From: Amoebophrya sp. A120
Lineage: Eukaryota; Protista; Dinoflagellata
Reading direction: 5' to 3'
Assembly: GCA_905178155.1 (NCBI GenBank)
Contig: CAJINV010000008.1
Location: 3,993,420-4,057,419, forward strand
Length of the DNA stretch: 64,000 nt
The notes beneath the pieces are model-generated. The model was not told the origin of the DNA, made no database searches, and saw nothing but the letters and a program-made list of their open reading frames with translations. The translations under genes were made by a program, and so were the position numbers. Below are positions 13,220 to 25,986 of the stretch, piece after piece. How positions within the stretch are numbered: position 1 is the first letter of the stretch; every line of letters begins with the position of its first letter.

Positions 13220-15925
13220 ATGCACGGTGGCGCCGCTCAGTCGTTTTACGCCCCGCCGCCGGTGCGCGGGGCGGAGTACGCGTCATGGACAAATTCTTCC
13301 CTTGGTCGCTTCCTGCTCTTCTCCACCGCCATGACGCTCTTTATGCTCACCGCCTTCGGGCTGACGATCAACGCGAGTTATGGGGAGAAGTCCGGTGGGG
13401 AGGTTCCCAACCCCCGCGGCCCGACGGAGCAGTTTCTCCTTCTGCTGGTCACCCTTTTTTTCCTCGCCGCCTACTACTCAGTGCCGGTGTTCGCGGAGCG
13501 CTGCGGGGTGGGCGTCTTCGACGCGAACTGGAAACCGTACGTGCACTTTTTCCGCCTCTCCTTCTTCACCGCCATTATGGGGTTCTCAACTGTTACATTC
13601 TCAGCTGTTACATGAATTTGTGATGCAAGAATGGCAAAAGTCAAAGGGGTGACCTTGCGCGTCTAGCATGACAGATTCGGCACAGATTCTCAGCCTGTTT
13701 GGCTCTTCGAGAATTTGTCATGCGGAGCAGCTTGATCGTATCGATTCTAATTGTGATTTTGCATGACAAATCATGTAACAGTTGAGAATGTAACAGTTGA
13801 GAATGTAACGTTTGAGAACGCCATAGCCATGCCCGCTTTGTTCTGCATCGGCATGGGGTTCGGCCCCAACGTGTCCAACGGCGCGCAGATCGCGGGGACG
13901 CTTTTTCAGGACCTGATCGCGAGCACGGCGGACGGCGATTTGAACCGCGTGGTCGGCGACTACTTCGTCGTGGACGACATGTTTGTGGGGCTGAACCTCA
14001 CCCGGGCCATCATCCAGACGCTCTCCGAGCCGACAAGTCGCGGGTCCACGCGCGCGCAAACCCGGGGCGGGCAGGTGTTTCACATGCCCACCCAGTTCAG
14101 CGAAATCAACTACTTCGACCGCAAGGACGCGCTCGCCGGCCCGCCCCCGCCCCTGCCCAAAGACATCATCGGCCACTACGTCTTCGCGCCGATCTTCGAG
14201 ACCTGGCGGATCTGCATCACGTATCACGAGAAAAAAGTGCTACAGTTACACATTTGTTGGAGTTTCTGCATCACAAATTTTCTCTGTGTGACAGAGAAAA
14301 CTTGTAATGCGAAGATCATAAGGGAAAACAGGAAGGAAACGAGGCTCCTAAGCATTTCCTGCATGAGAAAGGTTGTCTGTGTTGCCGGTCTTGCAACACA
14401 ATGTGTAACTGTAGCGCTTTTTTATTCCGATATCACGCGCGGCGCGGTCAGTAGCATCTGCATGCGGGAGAACACGTTGATCGGATTATCACAATGAAAA
14501 ACGCCCCCACCCCCGAACTTGGGAGCACTTGTATTGCAAACCTTTCCAACAGAAACACTCGCCCTCTTGCATCTAGCAGCATCACAGATTTCCAATCGTG
14601 AATAGCGTGCGAAGATTTGTATTACAACAGATCCCAGGAAGAGCAGCACTTGTCATGCAAGCAATGCTATATACGCCTAGACTCTGCATCACAAAGATTC
14701 ATATTCCTCTCATGCATGACAAAAAGTTTTCATTTGGAAACTTCGCATCACAAATTATTGCAACTTTGGGGGTGGGGGCATTTTTCACGGTAATACGGAT
14801 TCCAGTACAAGCAGGCGGACAGCACCTGCCGCCGCGCCGGCGCACTGGGCTGCTTAGTCGAGCCGCGGCCGCAGTTGAACCCCAACTACCGGTATCAAAT
14901 GTAAAAATGTCTGGGTCTGGAAGAGTGCGACTTGTCATGCTAAATCTGAAGCATGCAAAAATCTGTGTTGCATGATTGCCAAAAGTCGTCCAGTTTTGAC
15001 CAAGTCGGGAGGGAGTTTCTCATGCAGAATAGGCATGAGAGAGATTGCGCAGCATCTGTCATGCTAGGTCCTGCATTCCAGGCTTCATGGGTCATGGAAA
15101 AGCTGCATGACAAATCGCGCATTCTTCCAGACCCAGACATTTTTACATTTGATAACCGGTGCCGGCAAACGAACGCGGTCCTCGGCCTCAGCGCGAAGGG
15201 CCAGATCACGGGGCTGTGCGGACGGATTGCCATCCCACCACACCCAAATCTCTTGGACGAGATCGTGCAGAGGCACACACAGGACGGGTGGATGCTAGGT
15301 AATATGCCGGTTTTGTGTTTGTACTTCAGAGATTTAGATGGTATTTAGACCTGATCCTGGAGGTAGTGTAGTGCGACTTTTGTCCAGGAACTAAGGTCTT
15401 GCTCGTGGTTCTACTTGTTGTTTGCCTTTGCAGTATGCTCAAAAGATAAATTCACTTTGACGTCGAAGATGTGTAGTAAAGAACCGAACGTAAAGCTAGA
15501 GAAGCCTGCTATTTACTATTTCTCTTTGTTCATCGAAATGTAGTTTCTTCTGCAGTAAATAGATACCCTGGCTGTAGCTAATCGGAAGAAAACGGTAACC
15601 ATGAATCTGAATCGTTGAGCATCAACATCAACCAGGTGAAACGATGGCATGCCACTGTCCCACAGACGGTTCAAGTGGCACGGACGTCGCCTGCCCGCCG
15701 GGCTTGCGGGACACGAGCTGCAAAAACCTGGCACCCCTGTTCTTCGTAAACGCCGACGCCGACGACCGGATAAGCAAAACCAAAGAGGCGGAATCTCTCT
15801 GGTTCAAGTACGAGCTAGCGGGAGGGGTGTTTGGTGGGCTGACAGTCTTCCTTATACTCCTGACGATGTTAGGCGACTGCTACGTAGACCGATATCTACG
15901 GGCTGCGGCCAAGTACGCGACATGA
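13220..15925 (+). CDS. Multi-pass membrane protein with a Cys-rich segment, function unknown
   Basis: Exons 13220-13575, 13831-14221, 14438-14486, 14801-14892, 15160-15298 and 15636-15925. Four introners plus GT-AG intron 15299-15635 all join in frame; hydrophobic segments at both ends. Confidence 0.8.
13576..13825. mobile_element. Introner family D (TIR built from 15-bp ttctcaactgttaca units)
   Basis: gccat|tatggggttctcaactgttaca...tgtaacgtttgagaacgccata|gccat. Confidence 0.9.
14222..14432. mobile_element. Introner family F (in frame, stop-free)
   Basis: tcacg|tatcacgagaaaaaagtgctacagttacacatt...aatgtgtaactgtagcgcttttttattccgata|tcacg. Confidence 0.9.
14487..14795. mobile_element. Introner family E
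   Basis: cggat|tatcacaatgaaaaacgcccccacccc...ggggtgggggcatttttcacggtaata|cggat. Confidence 0.9.
14893..15154. mobile_element. Introner family A
   Basis: accgg|tatcaaatgtaaaaatgtctgggtctggaaga...tcttccagacccagacatttttacatttgata|accgg; close relative of 61512-61775. Confidence 0.95.
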
Positions 15926-16742
15926 GGACGATGGGTGGACTTTTGTGGTGGCGACGAAGGTCAAGGATGTGAGGTCTGCTGTTGCTGTTACTTGTTCCTG
16001 GCAGTCGCAGTTGCCGCGATGGATAAGGAATCGTAGTCGAATGCTGGTTGTACTTGTTCTACATCAACCTACTCGCTACTTCTCCTGCTTCGCCTGCTGT
16101 CAAGGGCAAATCTGAGGTCGACCTTCCGGAAGACCCGAACACCTACAACACCCAATAGACCGCTGGTGCGGGTGGATAAGTAGTTTCGTGCCGGTTTTGA
16201 AGCCTGAGATATCACTCAGCTTCGCGACGCAAAATTAATGACATTGTTCTTGAACCATCAATCTCAATCTAGTTACCTTGTCCAGGATTTAGTGCCCTGG
16301 CTTGAACTCGTAGCTATCGATATATGAAAGTAGACGAGCAAATGAATATATGAAGGTGATTTTCCCTGTTGGATTGAAACGCAATGATGCAGGTGTTCGA
16401 AGTTTAGTTTTGGAATTATCCGCGCGACACGAATATCGACGAGTTTTTCTTGCGTCTGTTCTTGGTTCAAATCTCGGCTTCCGGAGATGATATTTCCGGA
16501 CTATTGTTTGCGTGTGAAGGGACTGCTGGGAGTCCTCGGATACTCCAAAAAAAGTTGATTTCACCTGTAGCTGTAGGTGTCGGGTGCGCGAGTTTGGGTA
16601 CGTGGCTTCTGTTGATTTGTAGGCGGATAACCAAGTGACGGTGGCCGCGTCATAATTCAAAAAAAGTCTACACGCCAGCGCAACGTGAGGAACCGTCAGC
16701 GCAACGCGAGGAGAGTGAGCGACAAAAAATCGAACAAAAAAA

Positions 16743-19700
16743 ATGGCGTCCCGTATTTCCGCCGCGGACCTGCTCCGCGACACCAAGGAGTTCCAGAACC
16801 TGGTGGAAAACACGGTGGATGGCTTTTGCGGGCGCGAGGACGTCCAGACCCCCGACGCCGTGCGGGATGCGCGGGCCATGCACCTGGACGTCAGCCAAAA
16901 CTTCGACGAAATCGCCTACCACTGCGCCCTCAAGTCCCGCGAACTGGCGGAATTGCGGAACTCGCTCCGCTTGCTGGATCTCGAGCACAAGTGGCTCCTG
17001 GACTTGAAGGGGCCCGGGCTGTACATCGGAGCGATTGCAAGTGACAAGGCCGGCGGCGCAATTACATCGGCCAGTACCACAGTTGCAGTGGGGGGGGGAG
17101 GGCCTGCTGGCGCTGGAACTGGTACCGCTGCTAGTACAACTACCACCCACCAACTATCCGGGCCGGAGGTGGGTGCAGCCGGTTCTTTGCACCAAAGGGA
17201 GCCTGCGTTCGTGGATTACCAGGCTGGAGGAGGAGCAACAGCAGATGATTCCATCGCGAACCTGCCAGGTTGGGCAGCAGGAGCTCCGGGCGACCCGGGG
17301 GAGTTGCGCACGACCAGTGATAAAATCGCCTACTTGAGGTCCGAAATCGACACCACGAAGGACCAGCAAAAAGTGTACTTGCACATGATTGAACGCCTGG
17401 GCAAGGAGCTCCACCTGCTCACAGAGAAGAACGGCGTACTAGAAAAGCACCTGGTGCGCAAAAAAACGGAATGTGACAAGAAAAAGGATCAAGTACAGCT
17501 GATAAAGCAGTTTTTTGTTTTTGGCTCACAGAGGACACCAAGAACGAACTTACACGACTTTTGACTGATGGAATCTTCTTGCTAGTAGACAAAGACAACT
17601 TGTTGCATGAGCATGTAGTTCTTGAACATGAACGGTAAACGGCAGGACTTAAAAGCACTATTGCTAGTGCAATCTTGTCGATTGGAAGCACGAGAGTCTA
17701 TATGCGATTCAATTTGCATAGAAATATCGACGACAGTATTAGACCACGACATGATCACAATCTTCCTACATCAACGAACCAGGTTCGCAAGCTAGAGGCG
17801 TACCGCGAGTCAGAGGTGATGTCTTTGTTCGAGAAGACGAAGACGGAGGCGCAGAAAGAGTTTCTGCTGAAGCAGAATGCTGTGCAAAAAATGTTCCAGA
17901 AGCTGCAGGAAAAGAAAACCACCCTGAAACGCAGGCTGGATTTTGCGCGCTGGCGGAAAGTATCAAATGTAAAAATGTCTGGGTCTGGAAACTTGTGATG
18001 CAAAAAGTGGATGATAGCCGGACTGCAATACGCAGCTATACATCACAAAGTTTTTGGCTGCCATGTCTGACGTATTCCGCATTGCAAACTGCGTTTTTGC
18101 ATGACAGGTAAGAGGGTCTTTTCGTGCCTATGCAACACGGATTCTCGAATCATGCCAGACAAGCATGACAAAGTTGCGTTCTTCCAGACCCAGAGAGACA
18201 TTTTTACATTTGATAAAAAGAGGTCGCCATGGAGGCCGCCAACGAGTCCTTTCACCAACGGGCCGGCAGGTTGCGAAAAATGTGGGCAATCGAAAAACTG
18301 CAGGCAAATTATCTGCAAAAGGTACAAGAACTATGCATGGAGAATTGGCTTTGTCTTTGATGATTAATACTTACTGTTACTTTTGTGTCCTCTGTCACCA
18401 GTGAGTCTTGTCGTGAACGGAACCAAAAACAAGGAAGAAGCCCCGTCGAGCTTCGGGAACACGGCAGTGGTCGGCCGCGACTCGGCAACTTCTATGACCT
18501 CCAAAAAACCCAACGGGCACTTTGCATATAAAAAATGGTGAGACAACAATCTCAATCACAATTCCTTGGTCTTGGACCAGGTAGCGAGAGCGATATAAAG
18601 TGCGATATGATCATCAACAACAAGGTAATTTTTTCGCAAGTGGAAAAGTCGCAGGCCACTGAGGAGGGCTTCCAGAAAATTCGCGAGCTGACCGGTCTGA
18701 CAGACGTGATGGAGATTGTCCACCGCCTGCTGGATCGGGATTTGGATCAGGTCCAGCTGAAGTCCGCCGTGCAAGAAGCGGAGGCGAAGCTGGAGGCCAA
18801 AAACGAGGAGAACATCCGCTTCAAAACCGACGCCGCAGAAGACAACCTGAACGTGTTTTCGTCCTCCGGTGGGGGAACATCTATGCCGGGAGCAAGTACT
18901 ACCCACAGCGCCGCGAGCGCGGGAGGAGGGCAGGGGAGTGGTACTTCCTCGGAAAATGGGAATGCTACTGGTGCAGGAGCTGGTGCTTCGGGGAATTCTA
19001 GTACCGCCGTCGTAAAAAGCGCCTCCAATTCATCGGCGTCCAATAACGCGGCTCGGGTAGTGTACGAAGACCTGTTGCAGAAAGGTATTTCAGTTTCTCT
19101 TCTGTGCCTGTACTTAGGCATCTCGATCTTGGGTTGTCTTTTTACTAGTTCGCTCACCGTAATAGCCCTTCCTCGAAACAAAAAGAAAACTGCGTCTGAT
19201 CGACAATAACGCGAACACCAGAAGTTGATGCTGATGAACAGTTCAAGGCGCGGGCATTATGATCCATTTCCATTTGTTCCATACACGAAGAAACAATTCC
19301 GCTGATGAAGAACAAAAACCCCCAAAAAATATATTTTTTGTTCTTTGTCTATTTCATTCAGACGCAACCCTACACCAGTGGTTCAAACGGCACGAGCAGG
19401 CCCGGAAGCGGCTCGCGGAGGTCCACCGCACCGTGGAGCACTTACGACAGTTTATGCTGAAAGTTATCAAATCTCTTCCGCAGCACTTCCCTGGGATAAC
19501 CCTGCCCGACGGCAGCTTGAAATTGAACTTCGCTTCGAACCAGCATGCATCAAGCGCAATGAGTACCAATATGGTACCCGGTGGTGGTGATCTTTATCCT
19601 GAGTAAAAACGTCCCCACACCAGAGTCAAGATGGGGATTTTGCAACACAAACCTAAGAGCCTTGGACGTCACGCATGACAAGTTGCGTTCCATAGTGTAG

Positions 19701-22262
19701 CGCAGGTTAGCAAGTGCAGCCGCATCACAGATTCATCTGCTCATCCTGTTCACAGCATCACAAATTCCAAAACACGGTTGGAAATGGCTACCATGGGTAT
19801 GCCCATCACAAATGTCCTCGTCAATGCAAATCTGCATGACAACTCTGGGGTGGGGACGTTTTTCCTTCTGATAATCTTCACCACGCCCTTACCGGCGGTT
19901 CTTCTCAACATGCCGCAACTTCCACCCAGCAACCCTTTGCCTCCGACGCGGAGCTGCTGAAATGCTACCGGGTCCTGCACGCAACGGTGGAAGACTTCTT
20001 GCGAACTAAAGTGCTCGGAGCCGCAGCTGCCAGCAACGGTGTCAATGGTCCCCCACCTTCTAGTTCTTCGGGAGAACAGCTACATCAAGACGCCAATCGG
20101 GTGCCGCGGATCATGTACGCGAAGGCCCGCGCGTACCATGAACAGCTGAAGCTGTTGAACGATAAGGACTTTTTGCGGCACAACGTGCGGACCGGCAGTG
20201 GCGCTGGCGGCACCAATTACTCCATGTCTGCTGGCATCGCTGGCGGTGGCAACATGATGGCACAACACCTTCACGAAGGAGCCGGTGGGGCACTGGGTGG
20301 TGGTGGTGGTGGGGGAAAAAACGCGAGCGCTGGAGGTGGAGGGTCGCATCAACATCAAAGTAACGCTAGTGCAAGCAATAACGCGAGTAGCCAGCGCAAT
20401 GAACGCGAGGACGTTGAGGCAGATGCAGACTTTCTCACGCAGGACAGGGAAGCCAGGAAGAGGGCTGGGAGACAGATAGTGGACCAAATGACGCAGATGA
20501 GTCACAATCGTATTTATTTTTTGCTTCGGACGTTTTTTAGGAAGCTCTTAAGTTGTTTATCTTCTAACTATGAGTACAACTAAGAGTATGATTTATTACC
20601 GCATAGCAGGCAGCGTCTTGAGTGATGTATCTGCGAGATACATTCAATGCGCTGCCGCTCCTGCTCGCCAACGAGGTTGCACACCAGGGCATCAGCATTC
20701 AAAGATTCTGTCACTGCAAGGAGAGCAAATGAACGCGAAGGGAAACCCGAACCACCACGCACGTACCGCATACTTAAAGATCAGAAACGCAAAAAAAGGT
20801 ACCCGGCGGCGCACCATCCGCGATGGGGGCGGTGCAGGAGAGGGTGGCACTTCTTCGGGCGCTGGGGGCGCGAGTGCAAGCGGTACCAGCAACATGAAGC
20901 GACTGCAGACCATGCCTACAAATCACCTCGGGACAACAGGCGGAGCAGGAACAACAGCCCCGCCAAGCGGTGGAGGCGAACCTGGCACAGATTCCTCTTC
21001 GACAATGCAGAACGGCGACGGATATGTACAAAGCAGCTCCCTTGGCGCACCAAATTCAGCGTCGCGGCGAACCGCAGCCGGCGGTGGCGCCGCCGCGACC
21101 GGTAGCCGTCCGAGCCGGAAGACGGTCACGAATCTGGCTTCCTCAGCAGGAGGAACAAACGCCGTCGGAAGCAGCAGCAGACCTGCAGGTCCCGGTGGGG
21201 GTACTTCTACTAGTGCAGCTGGAGGGGGGCCGCAGTTTCAATTGTCAACGAGCTTGCGAGCAGGAGGCGGTGGCCTGGGAACTACAGCGGGCTCGTCTTC
21301 GTCAACGCGCGGAGGAGGGGGTGTAACCATCGGACCCGGAGCTGTATCCTGTGCAAAAACGTATGTACTTACCGCAAAGGCATCGTGATCTGGTATGTTG
21401 TGGCGCGACCGGTATCGCATGAAGAGAGGCGTTTATTCATTGTAGTTGCGTATCTATAGAGTCTAAGCTCCGCACGGTGGGGCACTACAAGTACTACAGG
21501 TGGGTCGTACGTTTTCACATATGTTGATAAACTAACTTACTTCACCCTCACCACTCGAGCCTCGGACCTGGAGGCAGCGCATCCTCGGCGGGCGGCACCA
21601 ACCGCCTCATAAGTGGCGCAGGTGCTGCTGGGAGCAACGCAACATCGAGCAGAGGTGGAGGTAAAAGCCAAAAACATCCTTCCAGAAAGTCGAATTATCG
21701 CGAAGAGGTGGTGAGAAGAGACGTGGCGAAATACTTGCTCGATTCCTCGTGTTCGCTGCAGCCGCTCAGCACCATGACAATGGACCACGGGAAGAAAGCA
21801 CGCGCCGGGGGAGCAGCTGCGTCGCATGCTTCGCACCACCACATGATGGGTGGTGGGGGAGCGGGAGCAGGAGGCACAGCCGCTGCCCTCCTGGCAGGGC
21901 AATTGCAGTCATCTGGAGCCTCGAACGGTGGCGGACTCCTTGGAGGAGCTGTTGGTGCAACACCTTCTTCTGCCACAACCAGCAATGGCACCAATGCTAA
22001 ACCGAACGCCGGTGGCTTGGGAGCTTGGTTGAACCGGGTCGCGACTACTACGACCCCCGGTGATATGACGGATGTGCAGCAGCAACAACCTGGAGCACCG
22101 GTCCTGCCAACAGCAGTGCCAGTGGCAACGCATAGTACCGGTGCTGGCAACAGCAGTGGCAACTCAGGGGTCCTCAACAGCGGGGGTGTAGTGAAGAAGG
22201 CCAGTAGTATTTCGCCGAACAAAACAAGAAGACCCCTGGTGATGTCCTCCAAAGCGAAGTAG
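16743..22262 (+). CDS. Coiled-coil protein resembling outer dynein arm docking complex subunits (CCDC151/ODA-DC1-like), with long Gly/Ser/Ala insertions
   Basis: GT-AG introns 17493-17782, 18322-18624, 19085-19361 and 20501-20720, plus introners at 17961, 19595 and 21345, give one frame. Motif EEGFQKIRELTGLTDVMEIVHRLL recalls the docking-complex EEAFxKIKEATGVxD motif. Confidence 0.6.
17961..18215. mobile_element. Introner family A
   Basis: gaaag|tatcaaatgtaaaaatgtct...agacatttttacatttgata|aaaag; restores RWRKEVAMEAANE. Confidence 0.92.
19595..19873. mobile_element. Introner family E
   Basis: atctt|tatcctgagtaaaaacgtccccacaccagagt...actctggggtggggacgtttttccttctgata|atctt. Confidence 0.9.
21345..21529. 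mobile_element. Degenerate introner (family B-like)
   Basis: agctg|tatcctgtgcaaaaacgta...tacgttttcacatatgttgata|aacta (repeat 3/5); frame restored. Confidence 0.65.
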
Positions 22263-23658
22263 TTTTGACTGCAATTAAGTACCGTACAGGGATTTGACGA
22301 GTGGTGGTGGAACGGTGACCAGTATACCGTGGTCGACGGAAAGGTGAACAAAAGTTTCAATTTTTTTCAGTTCCGACATCCTGATCCTATTAGATCACAA
22401 AGTGAAAATCTTCCACAGAAGGTTACAGAGTCAAAGACAACGTCAGAATGTTGGTATTAATAAATACACCTACTGGAGGCTCGACGCCACCGCAGTAGTA
22501 AGTTGTAGTTCGTGTTTCAGTTTCGTACTACAGTGTAGTTGTTTCGTTTTTGTCAAAACTAAATACAGAAGTAGAAACTTCTCTTGAAAAACAGGCTGCA
22601 AAAGCTTGATACTCGTGAAGTGAATGAGGTAAGCAGAACGAAAGTGATACAAACAATATTTTCAAAAACATGAAACACATATGTGATTTCAGATAGAAAA
22701 ATCCAAAAGCACTACGACACCTTGCGAATTTCTCCGCGACGACAAATAATATCAACTTCGCAGTCACAATCTCGTGAAAGCATACGTTTCGCTAGCCAGT
22801 AACTGCACGGGAGGAAAGGGCATTGGCATAAGAACGGAGGACAGCACGCCGAGAGACGTACTGATTTCCGGATGTGCGCCTTGAGTCCGCCGAGGAAGAG
22901 GAAGATGAGCCTGCCTCGCAATTCATGGTCGTGTGCCGCAGCCGCCCTGTCCCGCGACATCAAAAGGAAAAACTGCTACCGTATCGATCAACAACTACGA
23001 CGAGAAACCATTGCTCAAAACTGTGTTTCCCTATGATATGCTCGATCGGTTTCAACATGTCAGTGCCCATGCATGGAGGTAATGCTCTAGATTAAGTGAA
23101 GAACGGTCGGTCGCATGATCTACCACGAGTAAGATCGGTTATAAGGCGGGCGGCGCATGTTTATTTCGAATATGTTGGAGTTCTTGAACAAAGAGTTAGG
23201 TTGTCTCTACTTACGCGTTGTTCACGACAATGACAATGTAAGTTTTCCATCATGAATGTCGTCCTGGGCGTCTCCTAGAGGAACCGACCTCCATCTCACA
23301 CCGACGCAGATCCCAAAGAACAGACACGGAGAAGTGTCGGTGAAAAACTTGAAAAAATGTTATTGAGTGTATTCAAAACGCCGGAAGCCTACGATAATTG
23401 CTGAACAATGAATTAAGATCTCATTTTTTTCGCCGCTCCCTCTCGTATCATTTTGATCGTTTTCCTAACGCCTATCGCACCAGGCGCCAGCAGCGATCCC
23501 CTCCCACACCCGCCTGTAAGTTTTTCTACAGTAGAAGGAGCTAGTTAGTCTTCATTTCTCTCGTCGCCAAGAGACTTAATTCGTGAACTTTAACTTTTGT
23601 GCCTCTTCTTCCATTCATACATAACTACAACCCCACGACAAAGTAGAAACCAATCATC

Positions 23659-24920
23659 ATGCCCCCACCCCCCGGTCGGGCGGGCGCGAACCAGCGCGAC
23701 CGAGTTTTGGAGCAGGAGGACGCGGACTTGATCCAGATCCCCAAATGGCTCCGTGAGCACGAGTTGGTCTCCCGAGATTTTGTGCTTCTATTCCACAACC
23801 GCTACACCCACCGACAGGTCCGCAAAGTGCTGCTCTCCCTCCTCTGGCTCGCCGGCGCGGCCTATTTCCGGTCCCAGATCTACATCATCTTCTCCGGCAT
23901 CGGGTTCATTTTTCTCTTATGAAATGTAACAGTGTCTGGGTCTGGAAGAATTCACGTTTGTCATGCTTGTCTGGCATGACTCTTAAATCTGTCACGCACG
24001 TTACCCAAGACCTCCGTTTTTCTGTGATGCAGAAGCGCAGTTTGTCATGCAGAATAGGCAACACCTAGGAGCTCAGAAACTTGTCATGCTGAGCCAGCAC
24101 TTGTGGCCGCTTCATGATACGCCAACCAGCATCACAAGTTCCCAGACCCAGACACTTTTACATTTGATATCTCTCCCTCGGCGCCCGGGCAGAGGACGAC
24201 GACGGGGTGTCCGCCTACAGCGTCTTCAACCGCGGGGCTCGGCATATGGATGTGTCAGGTTTGAAATCATCAGAGTTGAAATAGTTTGTCATGCATAAAA
24301 TGGATGCCAGTTGGAGCCCAGTTTTCAAGTGGCGCATGACAAGTTTTGTTGGTGCCTAAATCCAGTTTGTAATGCTGTTTGGGTAAGGAAGACACGTTTT
24401 GTCATGCTACTTTGGCGGCTCTATTTGATTTCTACCCCTCAACAGGCTTGCAATCTGCCTCCCTTGCCTACTCTGCAAGACAGGCACTTTGTGGGTTGCA
24501 TTTTATGCATCGCAAATTATTTCAACTTTGACGATTTCAATCCTGACGCTTCCATACGGCACCTCCTCGGCGACCTGCGGCCGGACCAGATAGACCGGGA
24601 AAACCGTGGGGTCGCGCACATGGGCGGTGGTGGGGGAAATGGTGGCGGAGGCTTGGGGGGAGACTTTGCTATGAACTGCAAAAGTATCGTATTCGTAGTA
24701 TTGCAATGCAAATTAGCTCAGCATGACAAATGGAATTTCTCATGCTGATTTAGCTTGAAACAGAAATTTGTCTTGCATGATTGCGATTAGTACGACGAGT
24801 ACGATACTTTTGCACAGCATATGTGCCGGCGCGGAGCAAATGAAGTCCAAGGACGCGAACAAACCTTGCGCGTGTGGCTCAGGAAAGAAAACGAAAAAGT
24901 GCTGCGGCGCGGTTAGGTAG
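23659..24920 (+). CDS. SAYSD1: SAYSvFN-motif protein (SAYSD1-like) with a C-terminal SEC-C motif
   Basis: Exons 23659-23917, 24175-24244, 24562-24669 and 24827-24920. Spliced product has a TM hairpin, GVSAYSVFNRGARHLLGDL and NKPCACGSGKKTKKCCG. Confidence 0.85.
23918..24169. mobile_element. Introner family A (reverse orientation relative to the 47642 copy)
   Basis: tctct|tatgaaatgtaacagtgtctgggtctgg...ccagacccagacacttttacatttgata|tctct. Confidence 0.95.
24245..24556. mobile_element. Introner family G
   Basis: cggca|tatggatgtgtcaggtttgaaatc...gatttcaatcctgacgcttccata|cggca; imperfect TIR of about 55 bp. Confidence 0.92.
24670..24821. mobile_element. Introner family B
   Basis: tttgc|tatgaactgcaaaagtatcgta...tacgatacttttgcacagcata|tgtgc. 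Confidence 0.88.
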
Positions 24921-24993
24921 CGACTGCCTGCTTCGTCGTGTTGCGTCAGGATCAAGAACAGAGATCCTAGCCGCGTACTCGAGTGGACGACCA

Positions 24994-25493
24994 AGCCGGA
25001 GCGATCGCTGCGCTAACGCCGACGACAGCCTGTGCTGCAAAAATAAAACACACGAATAGAAATAGAATGTACGTACAGAAGTAGAACGCTAACCATCTAG
25101 CGCATGGACATAAATACGTTCGCGATATGCTCCAAATCGAAATCCAATCCAGCACAAGCATAAGCATAAGCAAGAAGAGACTGAATGCCTGCCACACTTC
25201 CGGTGCACAAGTGTAAAGTTGCTGTGAGTCAGACGAGATGCTTTTTTTCGTGTTCCTTCAGGAGTACTTACAGATAATACTTCACGCCATTGGATCGGTA
25301 ATTGTATTGTTATTTGACCGAATAAAAGCAAACCAGTATGCGAAGCACGAGCGTGCGTCGCGCGGGCGTATGGTGCGTCTTTGCCTTTGATGTTACGCAA
25401 TCTTCATGACGCCTGAATGACCAAGACAAGTGATACAATCGTAGGGGAATTATTCAGGGAAAGCTCGTTTCGCGTTCTCACGTATTGCTCGTT
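24994..25493 (+). repeat. Dispersed repeat, copy 1 (homologous to 28169-28418)
   Basis: Blocks agccggagcgatcgc...gcctgtgctgcaaaaa and ttacgcaatcttcatgacgcctgaa...gctcgtttcg occur in both copies. Confidence 0.7.
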
Positions 25494-25986
25494 AATCTGG
25501 AATCTCGATCTTTCTTCCTACAGCATGCATTATGTTGACGGCAATTGACGATGACCTTCCTTAGGGGCAAAAAGCACGAACACTAAAAGAAAAGAAAGAA
25601 AGGTACAAGCACGCAAGAAACAGTAGCACAACTACAAATCTATCATTCAAGCGGTGGTTTCTGCTCGTGAGCGTGAACATAATTTTGACGTGACGAGAGT
25701 AAGTTCGTTGTGTGACACGGAAGCCATAACTAAATACTCTCTGTTAAACAGAGAGGTAGTTCGTACGAAAAAAAATCGTCGAGGCGGGAATGAAAATCGT
25801 CGTCCGTTCTCCGTTGTAGATCGCGTTGTTGTAAAAGTCATGACGCGACTCAAATAGAAAAGTGTAATTTTCGATTTGCCGTAAAGAACTAAAAGTAATA
25901 ACTTCTTTTTCTTTTGTGCCACTGTTGCGCAATTCTTCCATTGTGTTCGGTGCAACGCTGTTGAGCAGTAGGCGGAAACTGTCAAG

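Noticed and set aside
17517-17532. ttttggctca resembling part of the dinoflagellate spliced leader
   Set aside because: Only about 10 nt match, within an intron; expected by chance.
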